From the NCBI GenBank assembly GCA_050287845.1, contig JBNKCR010000060.1:1-32473 (forward strand): a DNA stretch of 32,473 nucleotides, read 5' to 3'. Shown one piece after another: positions 1 to 11,127 of this stretch; position 1 is the first letter of the stretch; each line of letters begins with the position of its first letter. The notes beneath the pieces were generated by a model. That model worked only from the letters and a program-made list of their open reading frames with translations. It ran no database searches and was not told the DNA's origin. The stretch comes from Polyangia bacterium. GTDB lineage: Bacteria > Myxococcota_A > Polyangia > JAAYKL01. A program made the translations under genes and the position numbers.

Positions 1-140
1 TACGAGCAGCTTTGCTGCGCGCCCGCAAGGCCCGACCGAGGTGTAGCCATAGCTACATCGACCGAGGGACTGAGGACGAAAGCGCAAAGATGCCGAATTA
101 CTGCGATTGCAGCAAGGAGTCAAACCGGTCGCCGCTCTAG
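1..140. repeat. Partial palindromic extragenic repeat (REP/MITE-like), probably cut by the left window edge
   Basis: Non-coding and GC-rich, with the hairpin GGTGTAGC-CATA-GCTACATC (40-59); ends in CGCTCTAG (CTAG at 137-140), followed by AT-richer spacer. The resemblance to deltaproteobacterial extragenic repeats is from memory only. Confidence 0.35.
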
Positions 141-316
141 AGAATCGGCAATGTAAAAACGCCTGAAAAATACTTGCCCAGAATGGATAATTTGACAATC
201 ACGTCTTTCAGGAGCTTTCATGCGATTCGCCACAACTGTGACTTACTTTTGGGGAAGACATGACCTCCCGCGCAAATCTGGTCCGGATGATGCGCGAAAA
301 AACGGATTCAGAAGAT

Positions 317-1786
317 TCACTGGCAGGCGTTGTTGAACCGCTCCGACCCGTTCCAGTCGCAGCTACCGGTCATGCAATCAATGAGATTGTTATTAAAATT
401 GTTGGCGCCATGATCGAAGACTTTAAACCAACCGCCATCATCCCATACGCTGGTGGGAATCCCTTGGGTTGACGAGAAGCGATGCATTCCCTCGTACCAG
501 GCGCGAATGTTATTGCAATCCATCTGGTCATATCGGCTGCCCCAACCCACTCCCCATTCACCAATATATACAGGCATTCCCCGACCCACGGAATTTGCCC
601 AGTCGCGCATGGTGTCCATTGGTCCAGAAAGATTTTCGTCTGTCCACGGGTCATCGTAGGTATCCTGATTGTCACCGCAGAATGTCCACGGGTCGTAATG
701 GTGAAATGTGGCCATGACAAACGGGTCGTTCCCGCCGCCCACGTTATCCAGATTTGGCCAGACGTTCGCCATTTCATGGGCGCCGAACCATTGATTGCCT
801 CCAATAATGACAATACGATTCGGATCCGCAGCCCGAATCCTGTCATATGCCAGTCCAACCATGCGACGCAGGTCTTCCGGCGCCATTGCTGAAGAATCCG
901 AGTCACTTTTATGTGGCTCATTTAAGATTTCGTAGAGTAACCGGTGATCGCGGTTCTTAAAAATATCGGAGATATCCTGCCACAGACGCTCCAGTACCGA
1001 TGCGCGGTTATTCGTTTTTATACCCTGCTCATGATGTGCATTAATGATCACATACAGATCCGGTTTGGACAGCGCATAATCCACTACCTGCTCAATAACT
1101 GCCAGACGCGCGTGGGAACGGTTCACATCGCCGATACTGGGATCATTGACCAGTGTATCGCCGCCAACCGCTTCGGTCCATGTAATGGGAATACGGATAT
1201 TGCGGAATCCGCGCTCATAGTACGCGTTGATTTTTGCTCGAGCCGTATCTAATGTTCGCGGATGCTGTGTACTTTCAAACATCTGACCGAGATTGACGCC
1301 CATTCCCATGCCAGCGGCCACGGTGGCTGCATCTATGCCATTCCCCGTGTCTGAGTCAGAATCGGAATCCGTATCGGTATCCGTATCCGTGTCTGTGTCA
1401 CTGTCGCTATCCGAATCTGTATCGGTGTCCGTATCCGAATCTGTATCAGTGTCAGTGTCCGTATCGGTATCCGTATCCGTGTCGCTGTCGCTATCCGAAT
1501 CCGTATCGCTATCCGTGTCACTGTCACTGTCGCTATCGCTATCACTGTCGCTATCCGAATCCGCGTCGCTATCCGTGTCACTGTCACTATCCGAATCGGT
1601 ATCGCTGTCGCTATCCGTGTCACTGTCGCTATCGCTATCGCTGTCGCTGTCGCTGTCTGAATCGCTGTCGCCATCGGCGTCGCTCTCCCCCAGGTTCCCT
1701 TTGGAACTGTCAGACGAGCACCCGGCCGTGAGTGTTAAAACGATTGCAAAAAGAGTTATTATTACGCCATTCAACCATCTCATCAT
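317..1786 (-). CDS. GH5 glycoside hydrolase (cellulase family) lipoprotein with D-S/T stalk
   Basis: Motifs [26 protein letters not shown] (acid/base), TFHHY, VYIGEWG (nucleophile). Lipobox TAGC. Start moved from 1861 to ATG 1786 (or 1783) because GGAG lies just upstream and a signal peptide follows. Confidence 0.9.
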   Translation of the reverse strand: MMRWLNGVIITLFAIVLTLTAGCSSDSSKGNLGESDADGDSDSDSDSDSDSDSDSDTDSDSDTDSDSDSDTDSDADSDSDSDSDSDSDSDTDSDTDSDSDSDTDTDTDTDTDTDTDSDTDTDTDSDSDSDTDTDTDTDTDSDSDSDTGNGIDAATVAAGMGMGVNLGQMFESTQHPRTLDTARAKINAYYERGFRNIRIPITWTEAVGGDTLVNDPSIGDVNRSHARLAVIEQVVDYALSKPDLYVIINAHHEQGIKTNNRASVLERLWQDISDIFKNRDHRLLYEILNEPHKSDSDSSAMAPEDLRRMVGLAYDRIRAADPNRIVIIGGNQWFGAHEMANVWPNLDNVGGGNDPFVMATFHHYDPWTFCGDNQDTYDDPWTDENLSGPMDTMRDWANSVGRGMPVYIGEWGVGWGSRYDQMDCNNIRAWYEGMHRFSSTQGIPTSVWDDGGWFKVFDHGANNFNNNLIDCMTGSCDWNGSERFNNACQ

Positions 1787-1879
1787 ACTCTCCGTGGTTT
1801 TAAAATAATCTTGAAGTGAAGTTTTCAGTTCGCTGCCCCGGACTATTGGTGGTGCAGTCAAAAACGCGAAAGATTGCGG

Positions 1880-3061
1880 CTAATTACATTCTCCAAGCGT
1901 TCCATCGCTGTGCCACTTGAAGTTGTCCGCTTCCCAATCTGTGTAGTATTGTTCCTCATTATTGTAGGCCAAACCGATATGCGGAAACCATTTGGATTTC
2001 GTTTCGCTTTCATTTTCCATTTCATCTGACCAGAGAATGTTTCCGGAAGCATCGGTCACCCGCACCCAATCCACCTGAATCATATCGCTGGTAAAATCAC
2101 CAGCGATGGCTCCAGCCATATCTCCCCCAAGCGCCATGTTCAGAATGATGCGATGGCTATGGGCATCCGCATCGTTATAGGACCGGGTCGCCTTGTCTTC
2201 GCCGTCAAATGTGAAAGTGATACTGTCGCCATTGAATCGGACACCATAGGTATGCCATTTTTCAGGGCCGTCATTATAGTTCACCTGGGATGGGTTATTG
2301 TGGTCCACGGGAAACGCGGGTTCCCCCCATTGATTTGTCTGATAGTGCGTCGCATCGTAGGTACCAATCCACTCCATAATATCGATTTCCCCACATTCGG
2401 GCCAGTCCACATTGCCACCATATCCCTGTTCGCCGGAATTACTGCCCAAAAGCCAGAACGCCGGCCACGAGCCATCTACATACGGATCACCCGCACCGCA
2501 TCGCTTCAACGTGAGCTTTAAACGCCCTCGCACCCAGACGCCTGCATCATTGGGTACCTCAAATCGGCTGTTCAATCGACCGGACGTATACGGCGCACCA
2601 TGATCATTTTCCTTGAGTCCAACCAGACTGAGAATCCCGCTCGTTTCAAAATCCGTATCCGAGTCCGTATCCGTATCCGTGTCCGTATCGGTATCGGTAT
2701 CTGTGTCCGTATCCGTATCCGAGTCCGTATCGGTATCCGTGTCCGTATCCGTATCTGAATCTGTGTCAGAATCGGTGTCTGTATCGGAGTCAGAGTCGGT
2801 ATCGGCATCTGTGTCCGTATCGGTATCCGTGTCCGTGTCCGTATCCGTATCTGAATCTGTGTCCGTATCCGTATCTGAATCTGAATCCGTATCTGAATCT
2901 GAATCTGAATCCGTATCCGAATCTGAATCTGAATCTGAATCCGAATCCGAATCCGAATCCGAATCCGAAACCAACTCTGTGTTCATAGGTGATTCATTCT
3001 CGCCACAGGCAAAAATGAGCATTCCCAAAAAAAAGAAATAAAAAAAATAACGCATCTTCAT
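1880..3061 (-). CDS. GH16 laminarinase-type beta-glucanase lipoprotein, circularly permuted, with D-S/T stalk
   Basis: [26 protein letters not shown] (ExDxxE), [19 protein letters not shown]. The usual N-terminal LWSDE...NNEEQYYT segment sits at the C-terminus. Lipobox IFAC; AGGAG RBS. Confidence 0.9.
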   Translation of the reverse strand: MKMRYFFYFFFLGMLIFACGENESPMNTELVSDSDSDSDSDSDSDSDSDTDSDSDSDTDSDSDTDTDTDSDTDTDTDTDTDTDTDADTDSDSDTDTDSDTDSDTDTDTDTDTDSDTDTDTDTDTDTDTDTDTDSDTDFETSGILSLVGLKENDHGAPYTSGRLNSRFEVPNDAGVWVRGRLKLTLKRCGAGDPYVDGSWPAFWLLGSNSGEQGYGGNVDWPECGEIDIMEWIGTYDATHYQTNQWGEPAFPVDHNNPSQVNYNDGPEKWHTYGVRFNGDSITFTFDGEDKATRSYNDADAHSHRIILNMALGGDMAGAIAGDFTSDMIQVDWVRVTDASGNILWSDEMENESETKSKWFPHIGLAYNNEEQYYTDWEADNFKWHSDGTLGECN

Positions 3062-3074
3062 AATGATTCTCCTG

Positions 3075-4091
3075 TCATCCTAAAAGCAGGTTGAAAAACA
3101 GCGCCAATATCCCCGGAGATTGATGACTATTAAAAAATGAGCAACCGGAGTTCGTGTTCTCCGAAGCATCACTGTCATTATCGTCATCACCGTCACTGTC
3201 ACTGTTGCTATCACTGTCACTGTCACTGTCGCTGTCGCTATCGCTGTCAGTATCGCTATCGCAATCGCTGTCAGTATCACTATCACCGTCCACATCCGCA
3301 TCGCCACCGTTGAACTCGCAGTCCGCCGGGGGGCCTTTCGCATCGTCTTCAGTTAAAGACAGCACTGCGGCGCCGCTGCAAATATTTACATTGTCCCTGG
3401 CATGGGTAGAAAGCCCAAAGGGAGAATCCCATGTTCCAAACAACCAACCTCGGGGCATCTCCTTAAATTCCTCTTTCCACTCCAGGGAAAAATCGGATCC
3501 GTTGTCTCCTTCGCCCGGCGTATAGGATGAATAGCTTACCCAATCGATGTATTCATACACCGGAAGGGATTTTTCATCGAAACTGCCTCCGAAAGCAGCA
3601 TTCCCAACCCACAGGTTGAATCTGAACTGCATGCCTTCCTGTGCATTCTCTTTGAATCCTTCCACCGCATCTCCGGACACTTCCCGAATTTCTTCGCCAT
3701 CCAGGAAAAAGCGAATCGCATCAGGTGTCCATTCAAACCCATGGAGGTGATACCTATCGCACAAACTATCATTCGTTTGGGTTCGTTCTGAAATATCGCG
3801 CTTGTCACTTCCCAGTCCCCAATGAATATTGGTATTGTGACCGTCACAATCATCGGTAATTTTTTCAAAATCCAGCTCGTTCCAATACACATTGGTCATT
3901 TCGGAATCCGGCTTCCACAGAAAAAAACTGGAAACTATCCCATCGCCTGCTCCAAATCGGACGCGGGCTTCATATCGGCCATAGGTATACGATTTACCGG
4001 TATACAGTTCAGCACCCGATACTGCCAGAGCCTGTCCTTCTATCGCAAAATAAGTTAAAATAAGCAAAATCATAAATAGAGAACGCCTCAT
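3075..4091 (-). CDS. GH16 lichenase-type (beta-1,3-1,4-glucanase, Fibrobacter-like permuted form) with C-terminal D-S stalk and Cys-containing sorting tail
   Basis: [22 protein letters not shown] (ExDxE), [23 protein letters not shown]; motif order matches the permuted Fibrobacter succinogenes enzyme as recalled. Sec signal GQALA. C-terminus SGCSFF...[12 protein letters not shown]. Start at ATG 4091 after GGAGG. Confidence 0.88.
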   Translation of the reverse strand: MRRSLFMILLILTYFAIEGQALAVSGAELYTGKSYTYGRYEARVRFGAGDGIVSSFFLWKPDSEMTNVYWNELDFEKITDDCDGHNTNIHWGLGSDKRDISERTQTNDSLCDRYHLHGFEWTPDAIRFFLDGEEIREVSGDAVEGFKENAQEGMQFRFNLWVGNAAFGGSFDEKSLPVYEYIDWVSYSSYTPGEGDNGSDFSLEWKEEFKEMPRGWLFGTWDSPFGLSTHARDNVNICSGAAVLSLTEDDAKGPPADCEFNGGDADVDGDSDTDSDCDSDTDSDSDSDSDSDSDSNSDSDGDDDNDSDASENTNSGCSFFNSHQSPGILALFFNLLLG

Positions 4092-4310
4092 AAAACCTCC
4101 AGAACACAGAAACTTATTCAATAAGCGATTTATTCACAAATACATTCCTGTAGATTATCTGGAATGCATTTGTGGTAGAACACTCGGACATGTATTAGTT
4201 TACACGAACCAGAACCTTACACAAAGGCCAGTAAAAAAAAAGAGGACAATGTCCGCACTATCGATTATCGGTTGCATTCAACCGAATCCTTTGTTGTAAC
4301 CGGATAGCGA

Positions 4311-5450
4311 ATGTTCTTTATTTTGAAAATATTTTCATTAAATTGCGATGGTGTCTGCGGAAAATTCTCCCCCGGAATCCTACTTTCAGTCTGCTTCACT
4401 CTGTTGCCATTTGTTGGTATTGCCAACGGACATAGCAATCAGAAGCCGGTACTGCTCATACTTTTTCTTGAGGCATCAGATTATTCTGAAATTGAAATAT
4501 CGTTACAGAAAAAACTGGCACTCAGCATAGAATCCCATCGGATTGCTATTGAAAACGATTTTCAATTTACAAAAACCACGGTTCCAGAACGAATTAATGA
4601 AATACGCAAACTGGATCAAGCGCAGAATTGCGAAGCCGCCATCTGGATTACCCCGATACGCGACCATGTCGTAAGCCTGCAAATGGCCGTGCTGGCCCCC
4701 GGACAGTTTACCATTCGGTCGGTAGAGGCAAATGTTGAAAACAATGACATCGGAGAACTGACCATTGCGGTCCGGGAAATGTTGGCAGATATTCGCATTT
4801 CCGTTAAAACCCAACCTGCATTCCAACCACCGCGGGAAAAAAATCAGCGCAGAGCAGTAACTGGCGTTCCGTTGCAACCACCAGCCGCGCAATCGCCAGC
4901 CGCGCAATCGCCAGTCACATCGCCCGCATTCAACTATTTTCTATCGGTGGACACCGGAGTCGAAAGTGGTTTTCAACATACCACAGCGTCTCCAATTCTC
5001 CTGACTGGCGCCTTTGGACTTGGGCTTTCTCACTCCTTGGGCATTCGACTGGCTTCTATTATCTCGATATTCGGTGCATTGCCATTCGAACCAACTGATT
5101 CAACCATCACTACATACGGTATTCGTCCGGGTGTTCAGCTCAGCGTCATCTGGAGAAAAAAATTCCTTTGGCTGGGGCTGTTTCTCGGCGTGTCGGCACC
5201 GTATCAGATTGCGCGTATCTCAATGGATGACGCGTTTCTACAAAAAGTGAAATGGTGGAATTGCGCATTTGAACCCGGTTTGCTGCTGTTGTTTCCTACA
5301 GGAAAATCCATTCAGATTCAAATCCGGTCATCCGTTGGTGTGTACGTGAAACAAACCATGTTCAAGCAAAGGTCTGATGAATCCACTTTTTACACCACCC
5401 CCCGTTTCACCGGCAGTATCGCGGCAGGTGTAATTTTTATACTCCAGTGA
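4311..5450 (+). CDS. Hypothetical exported protein (alpha/beta N-domain, Pro-rich linker, beta-strand-rich C-domain), upstream partner of sigma cassette 1
   Basis: 379-aa ORF with hydrophobic N-terminal segment, PAAQS tandem linker (4881-4910) and alternating hydrophobic/Gly strands in the C-half. Similar size and layout to 27124..28254. Start codon uncertain. Confidence 0.7.
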   Translation: MFFILKIFSLNCDGVCGKFSPGILLSVCFTLLPFVGIANGHSNQKPVLLILFLEASDYSEIEISLQKKLALSIESHRIAIENDFQFTKTTVPERINEIRKLDQAQNCEAAIWITPIRDHVVSLQMAVLAPGQFTIRSVEANVENNDIGELTIAVREMLADIRISVKTQPAFQPPREKNQRRAVTGVPLQPPAAQSPAAQSPVTSPAFNYFLSVDTGVESGFQHTTASPILLTGAFGLGLSHSLGIRLASIISIFGALPFEPTDSTITTYGIRPGVQLSVIWRKKFLWLGLFLGVSAPYQIARISMDDAFLQKVKWWNCAFEPGLLLLFPTGKSIQIQIRSSVGVYVKQTMFKQRSDESTFYTTPRFTGSIAAGVIFILQ

Positions 5451-5534
5451 ATATTTTCTGAAAGCTTTCAATGGTGCAATGCGAATACATATGACTTGTA
5501 AGAGCAGGTCGATGAGTTCACAATTACTGGTGAG

Positions 5535-6131
5535 ATGCGCGCAGTCCAACAGGAAAACAGTGGGTATAGTATTGCGACCCTTTCTGACAACGCTTTGATG
5601 GAACTCCTCCAGGAAGGAGACATGGATGCATTGGAGGAGATCTATATGCGATACGGGGATATGGTCAAATCCGTTGTGTATCGAACAATTCCCAGCGTGG
5701 ATTTGGCAGATGTAGAAGATTTGACCCAGGATATTTTCATGGCGCTTCTGAAATCCGCAAATCGGTTTGACGATTCAAAACGTCTGAAACCATGGCTGTA
5801 TGGAATCGCAGCAAACAAGGCTGCTGACCGCCATAGGAGCAACTGTCTTCATGCCACGCTGCTCAACCGTCACAACATTTCTGAGCAGCGTGTTCACCAT
5901 GCATCAAACGGAAATGTGGATACCACCCTGGATTTGCGAAAGCAATTGGATTTGGCGTTCGAGAAACTGCCAAAGGAACAACACGATGTCATGATTCTCC
6001 ATGCGATTGAAGGATTTAAAGGAGTTGAAATTGCTCAGATTCTGGGAATAGAGGTCAATACGGTATGGGTTCGGTTACACCGGGCGCGAAAAAAATTATC
6101 CGAACACTTGAAATTGGACAAAAAGGTATAA
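5535..6131 (+). CDS. ECF RNA polymerase sigma-70 factor (cassette 1)
   Basis: Region 2 DVEDLTQDIF...WLYGIAAN; region 4 LHAIEGFKGVEIAQILGIEVNTVWVRLHRAR; 198 aa. Confidence 0.93.
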   Translation: MRAVQQENSGYSIATLSDNALMELLQEGDMDALEEIYMRYGDMVKSVVYRTIPSVDLADVEDLTQDIFMALLKSANRFDDSKRLKPWLYGIAANKAADRHRSNCLHATLLNRHNISEQRVHHASNGNVDTTLDLRKQLDLAFEKLPKEQHDVMILHAIEGFKGVEIAQILGIEVNTVWVRLHRARKKLSEHLKLDKKV

Positions 6132-6137
6132 AATCAG

Positions 6138-7631
6138 ATGATTCAAACCTCAGACACCCAGTGTTTGCAAAGCGAAAAGTACCTCGATAGCCGCCTTTCC
6201 GAGGAGGAACGCATGCGGTTCGAGTGGCATCTGCCCGCCTGCGACAATTGTCGGGAATATGTATTGAACTGGGAGTACGCAAAAATGCAGTATGCCAACT
6301 GGACATCATACAGAATCGGTTACCAGCCAACGCCACCGACACGGGAAGATGCCCGGGAGTTTGTTACTGAACTGCGCAATCGGATGGCTGAAGCCCCTGC
6401 GAAAAACACTTCGTCGGAAAATGCTCTTTCTGTGCGCGTACTGGTACGTTTGGCAGCAATATTGGTGGTTGCCATCGCTACTGCTGTTTACTGGCGTCAG
6501 TCACATCCCGGAGAAACTGAATATGCTGCAACACCTGTGGGAAAACCGCCCATTGCCATATCCCCCGCGATGCGGTCACAAATAACCCTGCAGCGCATTT
6601 CAGATCGCAGGTATATAAAAGAGACCATTGGGATTGTGAATGAAACGACCCTGCAATCTCAATCGGAAGAGCGAATCATTGCCAGAATTGCGAAGGACAC
6701 GGTTGGGCTTTCCCAGAAAAGCCACCTGGTCATTCAACAGATTCACGGGAACAATTCATCGCTTCAACTGCTTGGCGGAGCAGCTGTTTTCGAAGTGTCT
6801 CCCAGAACGGATGGCGCAAAATTCACAGTCATTGCCAATGGTATTACAATAACCGTTGTTGGCACCCGTTTCGCAGTGGAGATGAATGATGCCGACGTTG
6901 TTGTTGGTGTTGCCGAAGGGACGGTTCTGGTTGAATGGCAAAGCGAAAAGCGGACATTGAAAGCGGGAAACGAGATTCGAATTCCATCCAACAACGATCT
7001 TTCCGGGCAGTATGGGCCACTGAGTAAAGAAAAATCACAACTGATGAAACAGCTGCTTTCGGTGGAACCCGTCAACGGTCCCGATATTGCCGACCGGGAA
7101 AAAACAGCACCATTGCATCGCAATGACAGCAGAACGACGAATCATCAACGCCAGAAGATTTCAAGAGAACTCTCGCACTGGCAGCAACTGATTATTGATG
7201 GGAACAATAAAGAAGCCGCGCAATTGATCCAGTCGTATCTGATGGCCATTCCCGATGATTGCGACGCGTTAATGCTTCTGGCCACCGCTCAGAAAAAAAG
7301 CAGCCAGTACAATGATGCATATCAGACCTACAGAAAGGTCATTGCATTGTCAGAAACACCGTTGGTCAATCAGGCCCGATACCTGGCTGGTGAACTGGCA
7401 CAGAATCATCTGGGCAGACACGACCAGGCTGCTGAACTTTTTGAAAGTTATCTGTCGCACGCTACGAAACGTTCTCCCAATCGACCGGAAGCGAAACTTC
7501 GGCTGGCAAAGGCGCTTCTGAATCTCAGACAGACAGACCGGGCGAAAGTCGTTCTCCATGAGATTATTCAGGAGTACGGACGTACTTCAGTGGCGAATCG
7601 GGCACGGAACCTGCTGGATGATATCCCCTGA
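6138..7631 (+). CDS. Anti-sigma factor: zinc-binding N-domain, TM helix, FecR domain, C-terminal TPR
   Basis: HLPACDNC (HxxxCxxC), TM LAAILVVAIATAVYW, FecR-type ITVVGTRFAV...VAEGTVLV, TPR-like helices (AKLRLAKALLNL); 6 nt downstream of the sigma gene. Confidence 0.85.
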   Translation: MIQTSDTQCLQSEKYLDSRLSEEERMRFEWHLPACDNCREYVLNWEYAKMQYANWTSYRIGYQPTPPTREDAREFVTELRNRMAEAPAKNTSSENALSVRVLVRLAAILVVAIATAVYWRQSHPGETEYAATPVGKPPIAISPAMRSQITLQRISDRRYIKETIGIVNETTLQSQSEERIIARIAKDTVGLSQKSHLVIQQIHGNNSSLQLLGGAAVFEVSPRTDGAKFTVIANGITITVVGTRFAVEMNDADVVVGVAEGTVLVEWQSEKRTLKAGNEIRIPSNNDLSGQYGPLSKEKSQLMKQLLSVEPVNGPDIADREKTAPLHRNDSRTTNHQRQKISRELSHWQQLIIDGNNKEAAQLIQSYLMAIPDDCDALMLLATAQKKSSQYNDAYQTYRKVIALSETPLVNQARYLAGELAQNHLGRHDQAAELFESYLSHATKRSPNRPEAKLRLAKALLNLRQTDRAKVVLHEIIQEYGRTSVANRARNLLDDIP

Positions 7632-7649
7632 TTAGCGTATGATAAACCA

Positions 7650-8420
7650 ATGAACGTCTGTAATTTTGTTCCCTCGATGCTGCCACTGCAGTTGTGTTTT
7701 CTTCTTTTGTGGGGCGGTTGCCAATCGGTTGTCTTCGTAGACGACATTTCCGAAAACGACGTTCCGCAATGTGCGCCAGCGGGAACGTCGCCACTTATAT
7801 GTGAAAATTTTGAATCCCAGATTCCTTCATCGACCCAGATGCGAAGTGGAGACATCCGACTGGATGAATCCATTGTATTCAACGGTGAATCATCGCTGCG
7901 TTGCGAGACAGAAACGATTCAGAGCTATGCATTTTTTTCAAGCAGGTTCACTCCGATTCAACAGGGAACCATTTATTTTCGCGTCCACATGTTCATTGCT
8001 CCGGATACCATCACCGGCACTACCAAAGTGCTCAACCTGACGTCGGCATTCAGCACTGACATCGAAGCGGTTCAAAGTATCGACATCAACATATCCGCCG
8101 CCTACCGGTTTGAAATATATCAGCACGGGAACCAGACGCGATATCAGTCAGAATCAAACCTGGTGCCCGAAAACCGGTGGTTCTGTCTGCATGGCAGCTA
8201 CACAACGACAAAGACAGCTGGAGAAATGACTATCTGGATAGATGATTTTCTCGCGGTCAGCACACCTGCCAGCACATATGCCAACATCATCGGTGGGGTC
8301 AGTGAGTTTCGAACCGGTATTGGATGGACCGAACAGGGTCAGTATGCGGCAGTATACTACTTCGATGATATTCTGGTGGATACGGTGCCGGTGAGTTGTG
8401 AAAATCCTTCGTTGAACTGA
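7650..8420 (+). CDS. Lipoprotein with predicted beta-jelly-roll (Cip1/polysaccharide-lyase-like) domain
   Basis: Lipobox WGGC; pattern ICENFE...NGESSLR...IYFRVHMF...VPENRWFCL...IWID...IGW...YFDDILVD..PVSC. The fold call is tentative. Confidence 0.6.
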   Translation: MNVCNFVPSMLPLQLCFLLLWGGCQSVVFVDDISENDVPQCAPAGTSPLICENFESQIPSSTQMRSGDIRLDESIVFNGESSLRCETETIQSYAFFSSRFTPIQQGTIYFRVHMFIAPDTITGTTKVLNLTSAFSTDIEAVQSIDINISAAYRFEIYQHGNQTRYQSESNLVPENRWFCLHGSYTTTKTAGEMTIWIDDFLAVSTPASTYANIIGGVSEFRTGIGWTEQGQYAAVYYFDDILVDTVPVSCENPSLN

Positions 8421-8438
8421 GAATTCAAGGATTTATCA

Positions 8439-10970
8439 TCAGGGAACACGCAGCAGCGATTCGGATTCACTGATCGCACTTCCCGCTGAATTCACCACAA
8501 ACAGTCGATACTCACCGCTTTTCTGCGGTATATCGATGGAAGTTGCATCACCGTCTGCACGGGTCATGTCGCTTCCTTCCGCAAAACTGGTTGTTCCCCG
8601 GGGCGCAAACCAGACGGCATTGTTCGCATCACCACTGCTGCGAATATCAATCTTCGCCGTTCCGCCCGGCACTTCGCAACTCGCCGGGAACACGTAGTCA
8701 GCAGCGGACACCATCCCCTCGGGCAACATGTCCCGATACTCATCGTGCATCCCTGAATTCAAACAGAAGTTATATTGTTCAAGGGGCCAGACATTGTCAG
8801 ACACAACAACCGGCCTATCGATGACGCTGGCAGGTGGATCAACGCCCATCTTGTTGACAGTGGCATAGGTGCGCAGAATGGTGAGGTCGTGTTTCTCTCC
8901 GAAATCTTCGCAGTTGATGGTGTATTTCACATTCGGATCTATATCGAGAATATTGTCGTTCTCAACGATGTAAGCTGTTCCTTCATCATTGTGCAACCCG
9001 TACGTGGGACCGGAACTCGCCGGTGGGATTCCCTTTACATAATTTTCGTTGATTTCAGTGCCCGGCATCTGACCAATGGTATAGATGGCGCCACTGTCGT
9101 GAAGGCGATTCATCGTATTGAACAGCCGATTGTAACTGACCGTGTTACTTTTGCAGGTAGTGGAATCCTGGAAGTTACGCCATCCCCATCCCAGGCTGAT
9201 GCCGTTGTAGGCGGTGGTATGCACAAAATTGTGGGTGATGGAAACAGTGTCCACAAAAAACGTCATAATTCCCGAATGTCCACCGAATCCCGGTTGCGTA
9301 CTGACATTGTGAATAACGTTTTCAGAAATGGCGATATTGGTACAGATACCCTCAACGCCAGGCTCATATAGGGCGTGGGTGCCACCATCTCCCAGATATA
9401 CGTGCTGTGGATGCCCGATGGTCATGCCACTTCCGGCAATATCGGTGACGAGATTTCCGGTAATGTTGGTGTTCACCACGTCATTGACCAGCGATATACC
9501 TTCGCTGCCACTGTGTTTCACTGTGTTTCGAACAAAATCAATGGACTCCGCACTGCTGACCCTGATCATACCGGGAGGTGTATCATTGATCTCGTATTTG
9601 TTGGCATGCCAGTCGCCGTTTCCGTATGCACGATAAATTGTCGAGGTCTGCACCGTGGCCTTGCCGAATGATTCGCCTACCTGGTACAGATTGTAATCTG
9701 AATTTGCAAAGGTGATTCCTTTAAACGTCAGGTTCTTCACCCGGTCATTATTGGAATTCCCCTGGATTTCAAGCAGTCGTTCCACAAATGGCGCTTCGAC
9801 CTCTGCGGTACTCATGTCTTCGCCGTCCCTCGGGGAGTAGTAGAGGGTTCCGGATGATTTATCAAAATAGAACTCGCCTGGCGATTTCATAAACTCAAAT
9901 GCATTGTAAATGGTATGGGTTCCACTGACACTGAAACCCGCTCCCCATCCTGGAAGCTGAGCAATAACCCCATAGGGTTGCTGAAACATCAGCGCCCGGT
10001 TGTTCTCAGGCGTGGTGACCACATCTCGCACACACACAATATTCTCATTCCAGGTCGTCCCATTGATAATCTCAAGGTCGTCGGGATTCATTGAAACTTC
10101 AGGCATGTCCGCCGCGCTGTACGAAGCGCCATCACTACCTTCCCCGCTTACCCACGCCCAATCCGCCTCACCCGCACTCACCCGGAAGGTACCATAGCCC
10201 CCCTTTGATTGCACCCGCTTGCTCGTCATTGAAGCGCGTCGGTCATTCACGTACAGATTTCGCAATTTTGAGGAACGATCCAGCGATGCTTTATAAATAT
10301 TTCCTTCGTGCACTTTCCAGTCAATCACTTGCACCGAGCCGTTCAATACAGGCGTTTCATCCGGGTAGTTTTCATAGAATATGCGATGGTCATTGGTACC
10401 GGAATCCCGGGTGTCAAACAGGATGGTTTCGGTAACTCTGTAATCACCGCCGCGAAGATATACGTAAATGTCACCGGTCATCTCCTTATTCACTGTTCGT
10501 ACTTCATCCCGCGCTCTGGCAACCGTCTGAAAAGGCATTTTCTCCGTACCATCATTGCTGTCGCTGCCGTCCGGTGACACAAAGAACAGAGCCTGCGCTT
10601 CCGGCCAGACGTGGGCATCCGAGTCCGTATCCGTGTCTGTATCACCATCGCTATCCGAGTCCGTATCCCCATCGGTATCGGAATCCGTATCGGTATCGGA
10701 ATCCGAGTCTGTATCCGTATCCCCATCGGAGTCCGAGTCTGTATCCGTATCCCCGTCGGTATCGCTGTCTGAATCCGAATCGCTGTCAGTATCCATATCC
10801 GTATCCGTGTCCGTGTCGCTATCGGTATCTGTATCGGTGTCACCATCCGGGCCCACATCAGAATCGGAATTACTCCCCTCGTCACCGTTACCATTTGTAC
10901 CCGAGCACCCGAACAACATTCCCACACATACAAATATGGCACAACAACATGTCCGTAATAACTGATTCAT
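8439..10970 (-). CDS. Right-handed beta-helix glycoside hydrolase, GH141-like, lipoprotein with D-S/T/G stalk
   Basis: [65 protein letters not shown]; lipobox LFGC; GGAG RBS. Confidence 0.8.
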   Translation of the reverse strand: MNQLLRTCCCAIFVCVGMLFGCSGTNGNGDEGSNSDSDVGPDGDTDTDTDSDTDTDTDMDTDSDSDSDSDTDGDTDTDSDSDGDTDTDSDSDTDTDSDTDGDTDSDSDGDTDTDTDSDAHVWPEAQALFFVSPDGSDSNDGTEKMPFQTVARARDEVRTVNKEMTGDIYVYLRGGDYRVTETILFDTRDSGTNDHRIFYENYPDETPVLNGSVQVIDWKVHEGNIYKASLDRSSKLRNLYVNDRRASMTSKRVQSKGGYGTFRVSAGEADWAWVSGEGSDGASYSAADMPEVSMNPDDLEIINGTTWNENIVCVRDVVTTPENNRALMFQQPYGVIAQLPGWGAGFSVSGTHTIYNAFEFMKSPGEFYFDKSSGTLYYSPRDGEDMSTAEVEAPFVERLLEIQGNSNNDRVKNLTFKGITFANSDYNLYQVGESFGKATVQTSTIYRAYGNGDWHANKYEINDTPPGMIRVSSAESIDFVRNTVKHSGSEGISLVNDVVNTNITGNLVTDIAGSGMTIGHPQHVYLGDGGTHALYEPGVEGICTNIAISENVIHNVSTQPGFGGHSGIMTFFVDTVSITHNFVHTTAYNGISLGWGWRNFQDSTTCKSNTVSYNRLFNTMNRLHDSGAIYTIGQMPGTEINENYVKGIPPASSGPTYGLHNDEGTAYIVENDNILDIDPNVKYTINCEDFGEKHDLTILRTYATVNKMGVDPPASVIDRPVVVSDNVWPLEQYNFCLNSGMHDEYRDMLPEGMVSAADYVFPASCEVPGGTAKIDIRSSGDANNAVWFAPRGTTSFAEGSDMTRADGDATSIDIPQKSGEYRLFVVNSAGSAISESESLLRVP

Positions 10971-11127
10971 GATAATACTCCGTAATTATGGATTAAAATT
11001 CAAAAAAAATACGCCTATAATTTCCCTACAGCGTCACGTAACTATGTGCAACCTGTGTCTGAAAACTGGGCGGAGGTGTTAAAAAAAAGTCAATCGGGTC
11101 GTCGTTTGACTGAAACAGGCTGAATGA

